NCBI GenBank assembly: GCA_045589055.1
Contig: JAZNFH010000039.1
Coordinates: forward strand, 119-64,118
DNA length: 64,000 bases
Reading direction: 5' to 3'
Source of the DNA: Faecousia sp.
Lineage (GTDB): Bacteria; Bacillota; Clostridia; Oscillospirales; Oscillospiraceae
How positions within the stretch are numbered: position 1 is the first letter of the stretch; each line of letters starts with the position of its first letter. The translations under genes were made by a program, and so were the position numbers. Under the pieces are notes generated by a model that ran no database searches, had not been told where the DNA came from, and saw nothing but the letters and a program-made list of their open reading frames with translations. Positions 48,906 through 59,190 of this stretch are shown one piece after another.

Positions 48906-49250
48906 TCAGAACAGGCCGCCCAGATTCAGTCCGCCGGTGAGACGGGACATGTTGTTGGCAGCATCGGTATCAGCAGTGCGCATGGCTTCATTAACCGCAG
49001 CAATGACCATGTCCTGCAGCATTTCCACATCCTCAGGATCCACTGCCTCTTCCTTGATGGTTAAATTCACAAGCTGATGCTTGCCGGTAACCTCAGCTGT
49101 GACCATACCGCCGCCTGCAGTGGCAGTGTAGGTCTTGTTCTCCATTTCTTCCTGCATCCGAAGCATTTCCTGCTGCATCTTCTGGGCCTGCTTCATCATT
49201 GCAGCCTGGTTCATTCCACCGGGCATACCCCGGAATCCACCTTTTGCCAT
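48906..49250 (-). CDS. ybaB: YbaB/EbfC nucleoid-associated protein
   Basis: MKQAQKMQ, AGGGMV, VDPEDVEMLQD. Confidence 0.95.
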   Translation of the reverse strand: MAKGGFRGMPGGMNQAAMMKQAQKMQQEMLRMQEEMENKTYTATAGGGMVTAEVTGKHQLVNLTIKEEAVDPEDVEMLQDMVIAAVNEAMRTADTDAANNMSRLTGGLNLGGLF

Positions 49251-49255
49251 ATCAA

Positions 49256-50875
49256 TCAATCTCCTTTTCTGATCTTAACTACATCACTGTGCGCTTGTGA
49301 AAAGCGTAAAAGCTGCTCCATGCCCTTGGAAACGGCAGGTGCGGCTGTCTTATCCACGACTTTCACCTGCATTTGTTTTCCAAGCTTTGCAGTTGCCTTT
49401 CGGGCAACCAGCGCCAGAATTTCCGGCTTATTGACAACATCCACGGTAAAAGAATTGGCACAGCGCAGCTCCAGCGTACTGCCAACCAGCGCCCCTTGAA
49501 CCGGGGCATTGGGTGTGGGTGCGAAGAAGCCGGATACCGGCGGCTTGAGTTCCTTGCGGATCTCCATAGCCAGATCCGGCCAGAAGCCAACGGGCGTCTG
49601 ATCCGGCACAGGTGCGTGCACAAGGATCTCTTCATCCGGCGCGGGAGGTGCGTCCGCATCATCGGGCATAGGTGGAAGCTCTTCCTCCGGTTCCTCCCTG
49701 TCCGTTGCCTCACGGACAGTAAAATGACCGCTTTTCAGTTGCTCTTCAATACGGCCAATTCTTGCGTTTAATCCCTGCGCGTCCAGACTCAGCTCCGGCT
49801 GGCACAGGTTTAACAGACAAAGCTCCGTATCCACCCGGCGGGATGCGCTGCGGGTAAAGGAAGCCAGCGTCTTCTGGATGGTATTCATCATGTATACCAG
49901 TTCCCCGGAAGAGAACCGGGAAGCCAGGCCCTTGACATCGGTATCCGATGCCACACCGGACAGAAGGCTGATACCTTCCTTGGGCGCGGACTGCAGAATC
50001 ATCAGATCCCGGGTCAGACAGGCAAGCTCATCCAGAAGCGCGCCCATATCCTTGCCCTGGGAATAGGATTCATTTAAAAGGGTCAGCACACGCTTGCTGT
50101 CATGGTCAGCAATGGCTGCCATCATAGCGCTGCATTCCCGGATGCCGGCAATTCCCAGACAGCTGTAAACCGCGTCAGCTGTCAGTTCGCCGGTAGTGGC
50201 GCTGGCACACTGGTCGAGAAGACTAAGCGCATCACGCATGCCGCCGTCCGCCAGACGGGCCAGTACCCGGGCAGCACTGTCATCCAGATCAATGTTTTCT
50301 TTATAGGCCACATACTGCAGCCGGGCTGCGATATCCTCTTGGCTGATGCGCCGGAAGGAAAACCGCTGACAACGGGACAAAATGGTGGCAGGAACCTTGT
50401 GCAGCTCCGTAGTTGCCAGAATGAACAGCAGATGCTCCGGCGGCTCTTCAATGATCTTCAGCAGCGCATTGAAAGCCGAGATTGACAGCATATGCACCTC
50501 GTCGATGATGTACACGCGCTTTTTCACTTGGGAAGGGGTGTAAACGGCATCATCCCGCAAATCACGGACATTATCGACACCGTTATTGGAAGCAGCATCG
50601 ATCTCTAATACATCCATACAGGCACCGGAATCGATGGTTCTGCAGGCCTGGCAGATGCCGCAGGGGTTGCCATCCTGGGGATTTTCACAATTGACGGCTT
50701 TCGCCAAAATTTTAGCAGAGCTGGTCTTACCTGTGCCACGAGAACCGGTGAACAGATACGCATGGCTCAGCCTGCCGCTTTGCAGTTGGGTTTTCAGTGT
50801 TGTTGTTACTGCGCTCTGACCCACAACATCATCAAAGGTCTGTGGGCGATATTTGCGGTATAATGCTTGATACAT
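49256..50875 (-). CDS. dnaX: DNA polymerase III gamma/tau
   Basis: ALYRKYRP, GTGKT, EIDAASN, DEVHML, SRCQ. Confidence 0.97.
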   Translation of the reverse strand: MYQALYRKYRPQTFDDVVGQSAVTTTLKTQLQSGRLSHAYLFTGSRGTGKTSSAKILAKAVNCENPQDGNPCGICQACRTIDSGACMDVLEIDAASNNGVDNVRDLRDDAVYTPSQVKKRVYIIDEVHMLSISAFNALLKIIEEPPEHLLFILATTELHKVPATILSRCQRFSFRRISQEDIAARLQYVAYKENIDLDDSAARVLARLADGGMRDALSLLDQCASATTGELTADAVYSCLGIAGIRECSAMMAAIADHDSKRVLTLLNESYSQGKDMGALLDELACLTRDLMILQSAPKEGISLLSGVASDTDVKGLASRFSSGELVYMMNTIQKTLASFTRSASRRVDTELCLLNLCQPELSLDAQGLNARIGRIEEQLKSGHFTVREATDREEPEEELPPMPDDADAPPAPDEEILVHAPVPDQTPVGFWPDLAMEIRKELKPPVSGFFAPTPNAPVQGALVGSTLELRCANSFTVDVVNKPEILALVARKATAKLGKQMQVKVVDKTAAPAVSKGMEQLLRFSQAHSDVVKIRKGD

Positions 50876-50901
50876 ACGAATCCTCCTCTCCCGTAAAATA
50901 A

Positions 50902-51204
50902 AGACCGGCTCATAACAAGATCGCACACCCACATTTGTGCAGGCTTAATATCCGACACCATGCAGCCAGCTCAGGAACGGCAGCCTCGCGGCACACGGAA
51001 AGGTCCGCTTAATGCTGCTTGGTTCCCCACCTGACATGGTTCACGGGATTCCGTTGCGCAAGACCGATCCATCAACACCGCTTACATGGTTCAGACAATA
51101 CTAAGACAAGCCCGGGTGTGGGAATTCATCCCTGCTATAGCGGATTGCAGGTAACAGGGCACCGCTATCTCCCCGACTAGTGCGACCTTGTTACAAGCCG
51201 GTCT
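50902..51204 (-). ncRNA. ffs: Large bacterial SRP RNA (precursor boundaries)
   Basis: Alu domain GGGGAGATAGCGGTGCCCTGTTACCTGCAATCCGCT, helix 8 CAGGTGGGGAACCAAGCAG, long terminal complementarity, upstream of dnaX. Confidence 0.93.
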
Positions 51205-51226
51205 GCCGCAACAAGGGTATGCAGTT

Positions 51227-51448
51227 TTAGTTCAGCTTGGATTCGATAAACTCAGCCAGCTCACCAAATGTAGTAATCTGCTGATCTTCCATCTCCAGCT
51301 CAACACCCAGCTCCGTCTCCAGATCCATGATCATCTCAACGATGTCCAGAGAGTCGATGCCCAGACTTTCGAAGGTGCTGTTAGGGGTAATCTCGTCCGC
51401 TTCCAGCTCCAGCTGTTTTGCTGCGTAGGATACCAGTTTTTCGTACAT
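51227..51448 (-). CDS. acpP: Acyl carrier protein
   Basis: LGIDSLDIVE, acidic, 73 aa; GGAGG RBS. Confidence 0.92.
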   Translation of the reverse strand: MYEKLVSYAAKQLELEADEITPNSTFESLGIDSLDIVEMIMDLETELGVELEMEDQQITTFGELAEFIESKLN

Positions 51449-51514
51449 AAAAATACCTCCGTATACGGTGATAATCAATACTATTGGTTATTTTATTACA
51501 GGATAGCCTTTTTG

Positions 51515-52741
51515 TCAATGCTCTGTTTTGCCGGCGGCATTGCCGGCTGCAAAAGCTGTAGCCCATGCGATCTGCAGGTTGAAGCCCCCTGTGTAGGCAT
51601 CACAGTCAATAATCTCCCCTGCAAAGTATAACCCGGGAACAAGCTTTGATTCCATGGTTTTGGGATCAATTTCCGATGTTTTCACACCGCCGGATGTAAT
51701 GATGGCTTCCGCAACAGGCCGCTTACCGGTGATGGTAACCGAGAAATTCTTCAAAAGCTCCACCAAGGCTCGACGGTCTTCTTTCTTCAGAGAGTTGGCC
51801 TGCAGCTGCGGGTCTATCCCAAGCCGACGCAACACAACCGGGATCATGGACCGCGGCAGCAGGTCTGTCAGCGCATTTTCCATGGTGCGGTTGCGGTAGG
51901 TTTCCAGATCCCGGAGGATCCGGTCATTGAGTTTACCTTCATCCAGTGCCGGTTTCAAGTCCATGACCAGACGGCAGTCGCCCTTCAAATGGGCCGATGC
52001 CGAAAGCACGGTAGGTCCGGAAATGCCAAAATGGGTGAAAAGAAGCTCTCCGAAGTCCTTATAAAGAATCTTCCCCTTTTCGTTGACCAGCTTCACGCCC
52101 ACATTCCGCAGGGAAAGCCCCTGCATGTCGGGGCAGTCATTCCCATCCGTTTCCAGGGGCACCAGACTGCCTTCACAGGCCGTTACCATGTGTCCCAAGG
52201 CCTGTACCATCCGGTAGCCGTCACCGGTGGAACCGGTGGTGGGATAGCTGAGTCCTCCGGTGGCCAGAACGACCCAGCGGCAGGAATGATTTTCCTTCTC
52301 GGTACGGACACCGCTGACGCAGCCGTCCTTTGTGAGAATTTCCACTGCCCTGCCCGTCCGGACAGTGACCTCAGCCTTATTTGCTGCACTTTTCAGCGTA
52401 TCCAGAATGCTCTGAGATTTATCCGATACCGGAAATACCCGATTGCCACGCTCCGTCTTCAGCGGGCAGCCAAGGCCCTCAAAGAAGTCCATCACCGCTT
52501 TGGGCGGATGCTTTTCCATAGCAGAGTAGAGAAAGCGTCCGTTCCGGGGAATATTCTTCAGAACCTCCTGTGCATCACAGTCGTTGGTCACATTACAGCG
52601 GCCTTTACCGGTAATCAACAGCTTTTTTCCCAGACGGTCATTGCGTTCCAGAAGCAGCACCCGGTTTCCCTGCCGGGCAGCATGAATGGCAGCATAGAGT
52701 CCAGCAGGACCGCCGCCGATAACGATACCATCAAATGTCAT
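51515..52741 (-). CDS. HI0933/BaiN family flavoprotein
   Basis: GGGPAG, TGKGRCNVTN, FTHFGISGP, TGGFNLQ. Confidence 0.93.
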   Translation of the reverse strand: MTFDGIVIGGGPAGLYAAIHAARQGNRVLLLERNDRLGKKLLITGKGRCNVTNDCDAQEVLKNIPRNGRFLYSAMEKHPPKAVMDFFEGLGCPLKTERGNRVFPVSDKSQSILDTLKSAANKAEVTVRTGRAVEILTKDGCVSGVRTEKENHSCRWVVLATGGLSYPTTGSTGDGYRMVQALGHMVTACEGSLVPLETDGNDCPDMQGLSLRNVGVKLVNEKGKILYKDFGELLFTHFGISGPTVLSASAHLKGDCRLVMDLKPALDEGKLNDRILRDLETYRNRTMENALTDLLPRSMIPVVLRRLGIDPQLQANSLKKEDRRALVELLKNFSVTITGKRPVAEAIITSGGVKTSEIDPKTMESKLVPGLYFAGEIIDCDAYTGGFNLQIAWATAFAAGNAAGKTEH

Positions 52742-53598
52742 ACTTCACCGTGCTTTTCATAAACATTGTACTTCTCCCACAGGGATTCCAGCTCAGAGAA
52801 TTTCTTTTCCAGCTCCCGCTCCCGTTTTGCAGCAATGGCAACAATCAGCGCATTGGCAATGCTCAGCGGTGCTGTCAGAGAATCCACCAGAGAGATCATA
52901 TCACTTTTCGCCAGCAGTACATGGTCGCAGTTGCGGCCCAAGGGAGAAGCGCTGGAATCGGTAATGCCGATGACTTTGGCACCCTTACTGCGGCAGTATT
53001 CCGCCCCCCGTGCGGTGGAGGTAGAATACCGCGGGAAGCTGAACGCAATAACCGCATCCCGCTCATCCACGCTGATGATCTGCTCAAAGACCGCAGAGTT
53101 ACCGGAAGCTGTAACGATATGAACCGTGTCAAGCATCTGGCCTAAGTAATATCCCAGAAAGTTGGCCAACGGTGCGGTAGAACGGACACCCAGAATAAAC
53201 ACTCTCCGGGCGCCCAGAACCGCATCCACAGTAGCACTGAAATCCTTGCGGCTGACAATTTCGCCGGTCTGCCGCAGTTTTTCCATATCCGACTGGATAA
53301 CCATAGACAGAACATCCTGATTTCCCAACCGGCCTCCCATGGCTTCGATCCGCTGAACGGAAGTCAGGCGGTTCACCACCATTTCCTGCAGCGCCTTTTG
53401 CATGGCCGGATAACCGTCGTACCCCAGTTCCACCGCAAAACGCACAACTGTAGATTCAGAAACACCCACCGCTCTTCCCAGTGCATTAGCCGTCATAAAG
53501 GCAGCCTTATCATAGGACTTGGCAATAAACCCCGCAATGGCCCGTTGGCTCTTGGAAAAACTGTAGGATTCATTTTGAAGTTTGGAGAGGATATTCAT
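52738..53598 (-). CDS. MurR/RpiR family regulator
   Basis: GVSESTVVRFA..LGYDGY, SIS domain FSFPRYS, ITDS. Confidence 0.93.
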   Translation of the reverse strand: MNILSKLQNESYSFSKSQRAIAGFIAKSYDKAAFMTANALGRAVGVSESTVVRFAVELGYDGYPAMQKALQEMVVNRLTSVQRIEAMGGRLGNQDVLSMVIQSDMEKLRQTGEIVSRKDFSATVDAVLGARRVFILGVRSTAPLANFLGYYLGQMLDTVHIVTASGNSAVFEQIISVDERDAVIAFSFPRYSTSTARGAEYCRSKGAKVIGITDSSASPLGRNCDHVLLAKSDMISLVDSLTAPLSIANALIVAIAAKRERELEKKFSELESLWEKYNVYEKHGEV

Positions 53599-53681
53599 AC
53601 ACATTTCCTCCGAAAAGCAATTTGTAGGTATGATACTACAGGATTGCATTTTTTGCAAGATGAATTGCAAAAAATTGCATT

Positions 53682-54386
53682 TTAGCCTTTCAGTACCGCA
53701 ATCTCCTGTTTCGTGAGGTAACGCCATTTGCCCTTAGGCAGATTGCCGAGGGAAACTGCTCCCTCCCGGATCCGCACCAACCGGGTAACCGTCATTCCGG
53801 CAGCGGCGCACATACGCCGCACCTGCCGGTTGCGGCCTTCATGGATGGTTACCTCCAACTGCGCCGTTGCTCCTTTCACTTCCAGCAAGGACACTTCTGG
53901 CTGGCGGATGGTATATCCATCCAGTGTAATGGGCTGTTTCAGCGCTTCCAGGCCCTCAGGACAGAATGAAAGCACTGTCACGCGGTAGGTTTTCTCAACT
54001 TCATGCTTCGGATGCATCAGGGTATTGGCAAATTCACCGTCATTGGTGAAAAGCAGGAGCCCTTCAGAATCCATATCCAGCCGTCCTACCGGATAGACCC
54101 GAACACCGCAATCTGCAACCAGCTGGGCAGCATTCTTTCTTCCCTTTTCATCGGAAAGGGTGGTTACAAATCCCCGGGGCTTATGCAGCATGATGTACAC
54201 AAATTCCGGCTGACTGCCGATCACTACCCCGTCAACAGCAATGCTATCCATGTCGGGATCCGCTGTATCACCCAATACACAGGGAATGCCGTTGCAGGAA
54301 ACACGACCGGCTGCAATCATTTCTTCCGCTTTCCGGCGGGATGCTATCCCCCGGGCAGATATAATTTTCTGGATTCGTTCTTTCAT
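53682..54386 (-). CDS. rluB: Pseudouridine synthase (RluB-like)
   Basis: S4 domain SRRKAE, VGRLD..SEGLLL, EGRNRQVRRM; next to scpAB. Confidence 0.9.
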   Translation of the reverse strand: MKERIQKIISARGIASRRKAEEMIAAGRVSCNGIPCVLGDTADPDMDSIAVDGVVIGSQPEFVYIMLHKPRGFVTTLSDEKGRKNAAQLVADCGVRVYPVGRLDMDSEGLLLFTNDGEFANTLMHPKHEVEKTYRVTVLSFCPEGLEALKQPITLDGYTIRQPEVSLLEVKGATAQLEVTIHEGRNRQVRRMCAAAGMTVTRLVRIREGAVSLGNLPKGKWRYLTKQEIAVLKG

Positions 54387-54438
54387 AGGGACTCCTTATG
54401 TAGAGCGGGCACTGCCCGCTGAATACTAAAAGATGACA

Positions 54439-55524
54439 TTATCTGAATAGCAACTTTTGCCAAATCGTTTTCTTTTGTTCCTTTGTCTGCTCAACAGACT
54501 GACCGTAGATCAGCGGTATCTTCCCAACCGCCGCACCGTCCAGCAGAATGTGGGCATATCCGGCATTTTGTCCTTCCGACACCGGCGCATAGACGAAACC
54601 GCAGCCGGGCAGCTCAATGCTGATTTGTTCACCGTCGGCAACCGGATACACAAAATCTTCTCCTGCCACCAGTGTCACATGGCCTACTGTTCCCCCGGCG
54701 ATGGCCTGCGCGCCGACGGATTGCCCTTTCCGAAGAATTGTCTGAACCGAAAACCGGGAAAAACCATCCTCCAAAAGATGCGCATGATCCTGCCAATCCG
54801 AGGGCGCATTGATGGTCACAGCGATCAGCTGCCGACCTTCCCGCTTGGCACCGCTGACCAGAATTCTGCCGGCGGCTTTTGTATAGCCGGTTTTCACACC
54901 GTTGGCACCTTCCACCTGCCAGAGCAGCTTATTATGGTTTGTCAGATGCCGCTGCCCTACTTTTACACTTTTACATGAAACGGTTTTGGCAAAGATGGGA
55001 TTGTCCATGGCATAGGCGCTGAGTACAGCCAGATCTCTGGCTGTGGAATAATGCTCCGGTGCATCCAGACCGTTGGGATTGACAAAATGACTGCCCGTCA
55101 TACCCAGATCGTGGGCCTTGTCATTCATTAGTGCCGCAAAGCCTTCCACGGTGCCGCCACAGTAGATCGCCAGCGCCACAGCCGCATCATTACCACTGTG
55201 GAGCATCAAACCATACAGCAGTTCCTGTAATGTCAGCACCTCTCCCTCTTTCAGATACATAGAGGAACCTTCGATGCCCACGGCTTCTTTGGGGATCCGC
55301 ATCCGGTCCAGCACATTACACTGCTCACAGATGATCAGCGCCGTCATGATTTTGGTGGTGCTGGCAATGAGGCTTTGACTGTCAGCGTTTTTCTCGTAGA
55401 GTACCCGTCCCGTCTTCCCGTCCATCACGATGGCCTTCTCTGCAGAAATGGCATTGGCCGGTATTGCCAGAAACAAGGCGGCAGCTATGATACCAGCCAC
55501 CGCCCTAAAAATACGATTCATCAT
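54439..55524 (-). CDS. dacB: D-alanyl-D-alanine carboxypeptidase (DacB-like)
   Basis: ASTTK, SGN, KTG motifs; scpAB-ytfIJ-dacB-rluB synteny. Confidence 0.85.
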   Translation of the reverse strand: MMNRIFRAVAGIIAAALFLAIPANAISAEKAIVMDGKTGRVLYEKNADSQSLIASTTKIMTALIICEQCNVLDRMRIPKEAVGIEGSSMYLKEGEVLTLQELLYGLMLHSGNDAAVALAIYCGGTVEGFAALMNDKAHDLGMTGSHFVNPNGLDAPEHYSTARDLAVLSAYAMDNPIFAKTVSCKSVKVGQRHLTNHNKLLWQVEGANGVKTGYTKAAGRILVSGAKREGRQLIAVTINAPSDWQDHAHLLEDGFSRFSVQTILRKGQSVGAQAIAGGTVGHVTLVAGEDFVYPVADGEQISIELPGCGFVYAPVSEGQNAGYAHILLDGAAVGKIPLIYGQSVEQTKEQKKTIWQKLLFR

Positions 55525-55571
55525 AATTCTCACCCATGGAAAGTATGCGCATCGGACGAGAATCTATACAT

Positions 55572-55961
55572 TTATTGTTCCTTCTTGGTATGGCTGTCGA
55601 TGAAAGCAGAGACCTTGTCCAGCACATCCGGAACCATTTCCACCAGACGGTCTGCGGTAGTATTGGCAGGGGTTGCCACCGGGAGCATTCGTACCGTTCC
55701 GTCCTTGACGATCAAAAACGCAATGGGAGTCACTTTCACACCGCCGCCTGCGCCGCCGCCAAAAGGATTTTCCTGTTTATTGACATTCCGGGAAACAAAA
55801 TCGCTGCCGCCGCCGCCAAAGCCGACACTGACCTTGGACACGGGAATAATGGTTACACCGTCTGGGGTGGTAATGGGATCGCCAACAACGGAATTGACAT
55901 CGATCATCTCGCGGATCTTCGCGATGGTATTTTCCAGCATATTAGGTAAGGAATTGCTCAT
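55572..55961 (-). CDS. ytfJ: Sporulation/germination protein YtfJ (GerW family)
   Basis: VVGDPI, IIPVSKVSVGFGGGG, PFGGGAGGGV. Confidence 0.92.
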   Translation of the reverse strand: MSNSLPNMLENTIAKIREMIDVNSVVGDPITTPDGVTIIPVSKVSVGFGGGGSDFVSRNVNKQENPFGGGAGGGVKVTPIAFLIVKDGTVRMLPVATPANTTADRLVEMVPDVLDKVSAFIDSHTKKEQ

Positions 55962-56572
55962 GTGGTTGCACCGCCTTTTCGTTTATTCAGTATCTTCTTC
56001 AGTTCTTTCAGTGCCCGAAGGCCGTACCGCAGGCTTACGGAGAAGACCCGGGCAAGGGTAATGGTCAAATCCAGACGGACATAAATCCGTTTTTCAGAAC
56101 CCTCAAAATCGCACTGGATCTTGATATCCCGCTTTTTGATCACAAACAGCTCTTCCAGCCTGGGCCAGAGATTGCCCATAGCCCCACAGTACCTACCGTA
56201 CTGAATTGCCAGATCGCAGGGATCACCACCGGCCAGCACCAGATTGACCTCCAGATCATTAATCCGCAGTTTTCTGCGAAAATCTCCCATAAAGTCCAGA
56301 ATGATCTCCAGCAGCGGCAAAAAATCCGTCAACGAACCACCCTTTTTCTCTTTCTTAGGCTGTTTCGCAGACTTTGCCTTGGGTTCTGTCTTTTTCTTTT
56401 CTTTTTTCGCCTTGGGTTTCTGATCCTTCTTTTTGCTTGGGTAGACCGGGATCCGAACCGGACCGGCTAAAATCGCCACCCGTGGACCGTCGCTGTCATA
56501 TACGGCACCAACGCCCAGTGGCAGAAGCAGCAGTAAAAGGAGGACACCCAGAAATATGAGCCAGCCCATCAA
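55958..56572 (-). CDS. DUF2953 (YtfI-like) membrane protein
   Basis: N-terminal TM, Lys-rich linker, GDP.D.AI.YG; upstream of ytfJ. Confidence 0.75.
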   Translation of the reverse strand: MMGWLIFLGVLLLLLLLPLGVGAVYDSDGPRVAILAGPVRIPVYPSKKKDQKPKAKKEKKKTEPKAKSAKQPKKEKKGGSLTDFLPLLEIILDFMGDFRRKLRINDLEVNLVLAGGDPCDLAIQYGRYCGAMGNLWPRLEELFVIKKRDIKIQCDFEGSEKRIYVRLDLTITLARVFSVSLRYGLRALKELKKILNKRKGGATT

Positions 56573-57123
56573 AGCGCCTCCTTGATCTCCTCCTGAACAG
56601 GGATACCAAAATCTACAAGATCAATCTCCGGCAGTTCCTCCAGAGAGGAAAGGCCGAAGGTACGCAGGAAGTCCTTCGTGGTCTGATACTGGATAGGACG
56701 ACCGGGCACATTCAAACGGCCTGCCTCTTCGATCAGCTTTTTATTCAGCAGCGCACTGATGGAATAGGAAGAATCCACGCCGCGAATCTGCTCCACCATG
56801 GCCTTGGTGGCCGGCTGGTAGTAAGCAATAATGGTCAGAGATTCCAGCTGGGATGCGGAAAGCTTCGGGGGCTTCCGGGTTTCCAAAGCCTTGGTGACAT
56901 ACTCAGACATTTCGCCGGAAGATACCATCTGGTAGGCATTTTCCAGTTTCAGAATGCGGATACCCTTCCGCTGAAAGGCCCATTCGTTAGCCAGTGCATC
57001 GGCTGCGGCAGCAATATCCGCTTCGTCTGTTTCCAGCGCGAAGGCCAACCGCGCCGTTTCCACCGGCTCACCGGAAGCGAAGAGGATCGCTTCAATGGCC
57101 CGCTGCAGATCCGATTGTTCCAT
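56569..57123 (-). CDS. scpB: SMC-Scp complex subunit ScpB
   Basis: IEAILF, IIAYYQP, IRGVDS, FL..FGL.SL.ELP. Confidence 0.96.
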   Translation of the reverse strand: MEQSDLQRAIEAILFASGEPVETARLAFALETDEADIAAAADALANEWAFQRKGIRILKLENAYQMVSSGEMSEYVTKALETRKPPKLSASQLESLTIIAYYQPATKAMVEQIRGVDSSYSISALLNKKLIEEAGRLNVPGRPIQYQTTKDFLRTFGLSSLEELPEIDLVDFGIPVQEEIKEAL

Positions 57124-57916
57124 TTGCTTCCTCCTCCATTTCCTTCGGTGTTTTTAATAGTTTTACATTGGGATTCTCACCGGATACATCGTCCTCAAGT
57201 GCGGCAGAGCCGGTTTTGCACAACTCCAAAATTGCCAAAAAGGTGGCAACAATCTCCGATCGGCTGCGATTTCCCTGAAAGAGATTTTTCAGCCGCTCTA
57301 CGCCCCGCATCAATAAGGTGCGGATGATCTGCCCGGCCTTCTTGGTTACCGGATAAGGTTCCTTGCCAACGATACCCTTGAAATTCACCGTAGGCGGCGG
57401 AAGTCTGCGGCTGTTGCGCTCGGAAATCGCTTCCAGGGCCTGCAGAAGATCCTCCGGTTTATGCTGATATCGGTAGGCAGTATCCTTACGCAACGGCTCC
57501 GGCTGCTTGGTAAATACCGATCTGCCGATGTCGTTTCTGGGTTCCAGCCAGGAAACCGCAGTCCGGATCTGTTCTATGGCTTCCTTACGCTGACGCTCCA
57601 GCAGACTCTGGCGCAGAACATCCAGTTCGGACTGGGCTTCTTCCCGCTCCGCTTCCGAAAGCAGCATCTTGGTCTTGATCAGCATCAAGTGGCTGGCCAT
57701 GGTGATAAACTCGCTGGCAATCTCCATATCCATGCGCTTCATTTCATCCAGATACGCCAGATACTGCTCCAGAATCGCCGTAATGGATACATCCTGGATT
57801 TCTATTTTATTTTTACTCAGAAGCAGGAAGATAACATCCAGAGGGCCTTGAAAGTCTTCCATTTCCTCACTGCGGGTATGGACGATTCCCTCCAAACGGT
57901 ACTGGGGTTGTGACAT
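57092..57916 (-). CDS. scpA: Segregation/condensation protein A
   Basis: FQGPLD, ASEF..MA..L..IK...LL, TFLAILEL. Confidence 0.95.
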   Translation of the reverse strand: MSQPQYRLEGIVHTRSEEMEDFQGPLDVIFLLLSKNKIEIQDVSITAILEQYLAYLDEMKRMDMEIASEFITMASHLMLIKTKMLLSEAEREEAQSELDVLRQSLLERQRKEAIEQIRTAVSWLEPRNDIGRSVFTKQPEPLRKDTAYRYQHKPEDLLQALEAISERNSRRLPPPTVNFKGIVGKEPYPVTKKAGQIIRTLLMRGVERLKNLFQGNRSRSEIVATFLAILELCKTGSAALEDDVSGENPNVKLLKTPKEMEEEANGTIGSAAGH

Positions 57917-58052
57917 AAGCTTCTCCAAAGATCATAGACAATATTTTGTTTATTATAACACGGAAACCCCTATGATGCAAGAAAATTCTTACTGTTAAGT
58001 TAGCCTGTTAAGTTAGCAGATACCGTTCCAGCCTTGATGCAATATCGATGTT

Positions 58053-59030
58053 TCACGATGAAACGATACCGGTATTCCGCCGGCTCAGCTTTGCGCCTGA
58101 ATAGTAATGGGCCAATATTTTCTCGTAGCTGTCACCGGCCAGGGCCATAGCCTGGGCTCCGTACTGGCTCATACCCACCCTGTGGCCGTATCCCTTTGTA
58201 GAAATTGTAACACTGTCCCCCAATGCCGAGAGTGTAAAGACAGTGGAACGCAGCTGCAGCAAGCGGCGAAGCTCCGTTCCTTCAAATCGCTTCCCGCCAA
58301 TGGTTATGGAGGAAACACCGCCGCCCTCTGTATAAACAACCGGCCCGAACCATCCCTTTGCACTGCCTTTCAGTCGAATTCCCAGGGCATTCTCCAGCTG
58401 CGATTTCGTAAAAATCACCGTATCGGTGTAGACACTGGCAAACTCCTCCCCCGGGCTTTCCACCGACTGCAGATATGGCACATCAGACCCCCACACTGCC
58501 ACAGCATCCTCCGTAAAGCCCCCTGAGCAGGAGAAATAGGTAGCATCGATCAAACTGCCCTCATAGGTCAGAATCAAGCCCTCTGTGGCTTCCACCGCTT
58601 CCCGTGCCTGCCGTACCGTTTCGCTTCCGCCGCTGAAAGCATTTGGATCTGTGTATCCCTGACAGCAGGTACTGTCAGTGCAAACAGCCCCGGGGTGCTT
58701 GTCCAAAGCAGCCACCCGCTTCAGCGCATAGGTTCGGGCCACCACCGCCTGTGCCTTCTTGGCTTCCGGGTGAAAGCTCCCCGGCAGCTCGCTGATCAGC
58801 ACACCGGTGAGATATTCCGTTAAGTCCATCTCTACTTTCTGCCCGTCCAGCCAAACCTGTATGGTTTCCCCTTTTGGCATCAGGACAGGCTGGGTTTGTA
58901 CCGGCTCTGTCTGGATCGTTTCCTCCGGAACCGGTTCTGAAAATACCACTTCCCCAACAGCCATGGCAACCCAAGGCAGTCCCCATGCCAGCAAAAACGC
59001 CAGGACCAGCTCCTTCAAACTATTTTTCAT
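58053..59030 (-). CDS. spoIID: Stage II sporulation protein D
   Basis: EYL.GV..E.P, KAQAVVARTY, GYGHRVGMSQYGA. Confidence 0.92.
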   Translation of the reverse strand: MKNSLKELVLAFLLAWGLPWVAMAVGEVVFSEPVPEETIQTEPVQTQPVLMPKGETIQVWLDGQKVEMDLTEYLTGVLISELPGSFHPEAKKAQAVVARTYALKRVAALDKHPGAVCTDSTCCQGYTDPNAFSGGSETVRQAREAVEATEGLILTYEGSLIDATYFSCSGGFTEDAVAVWGSDVPYLQSVESPGEEFASVYTDTVIFTKSQLENALGIRLKGSAKGWFGPVVYTEGGGVSSITIGGKRFEGTELRRLLQLRSTVFTLSALGDSVTISTKGYGHRVGMSQYGAQAMALAGDSYEKILAHYYSGAKLSRRNTGIVSS

Positions 59031-59190
59031 CTGTACACCTCCCTAAGCTATTGTAGCGCCGCAGTGCCACAGAAATTCGTTGCAACCCGCCGTTTCCGTT
59101 CCGGGAATTTCGCTGCACGAATTGTTGAGTTGACACAATTCTGAAAAATCGGTATAATACCCCCAGAAAAACAGAAACGGGGTGTACTCC

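Noticed and set aside
51020-51036. SRP helix 8 GG-GGAA-CC instead of CC-GGAA-GG
   Set aside because: Compensatory swap keeping the GNRA-capped stem; ordinary variation.
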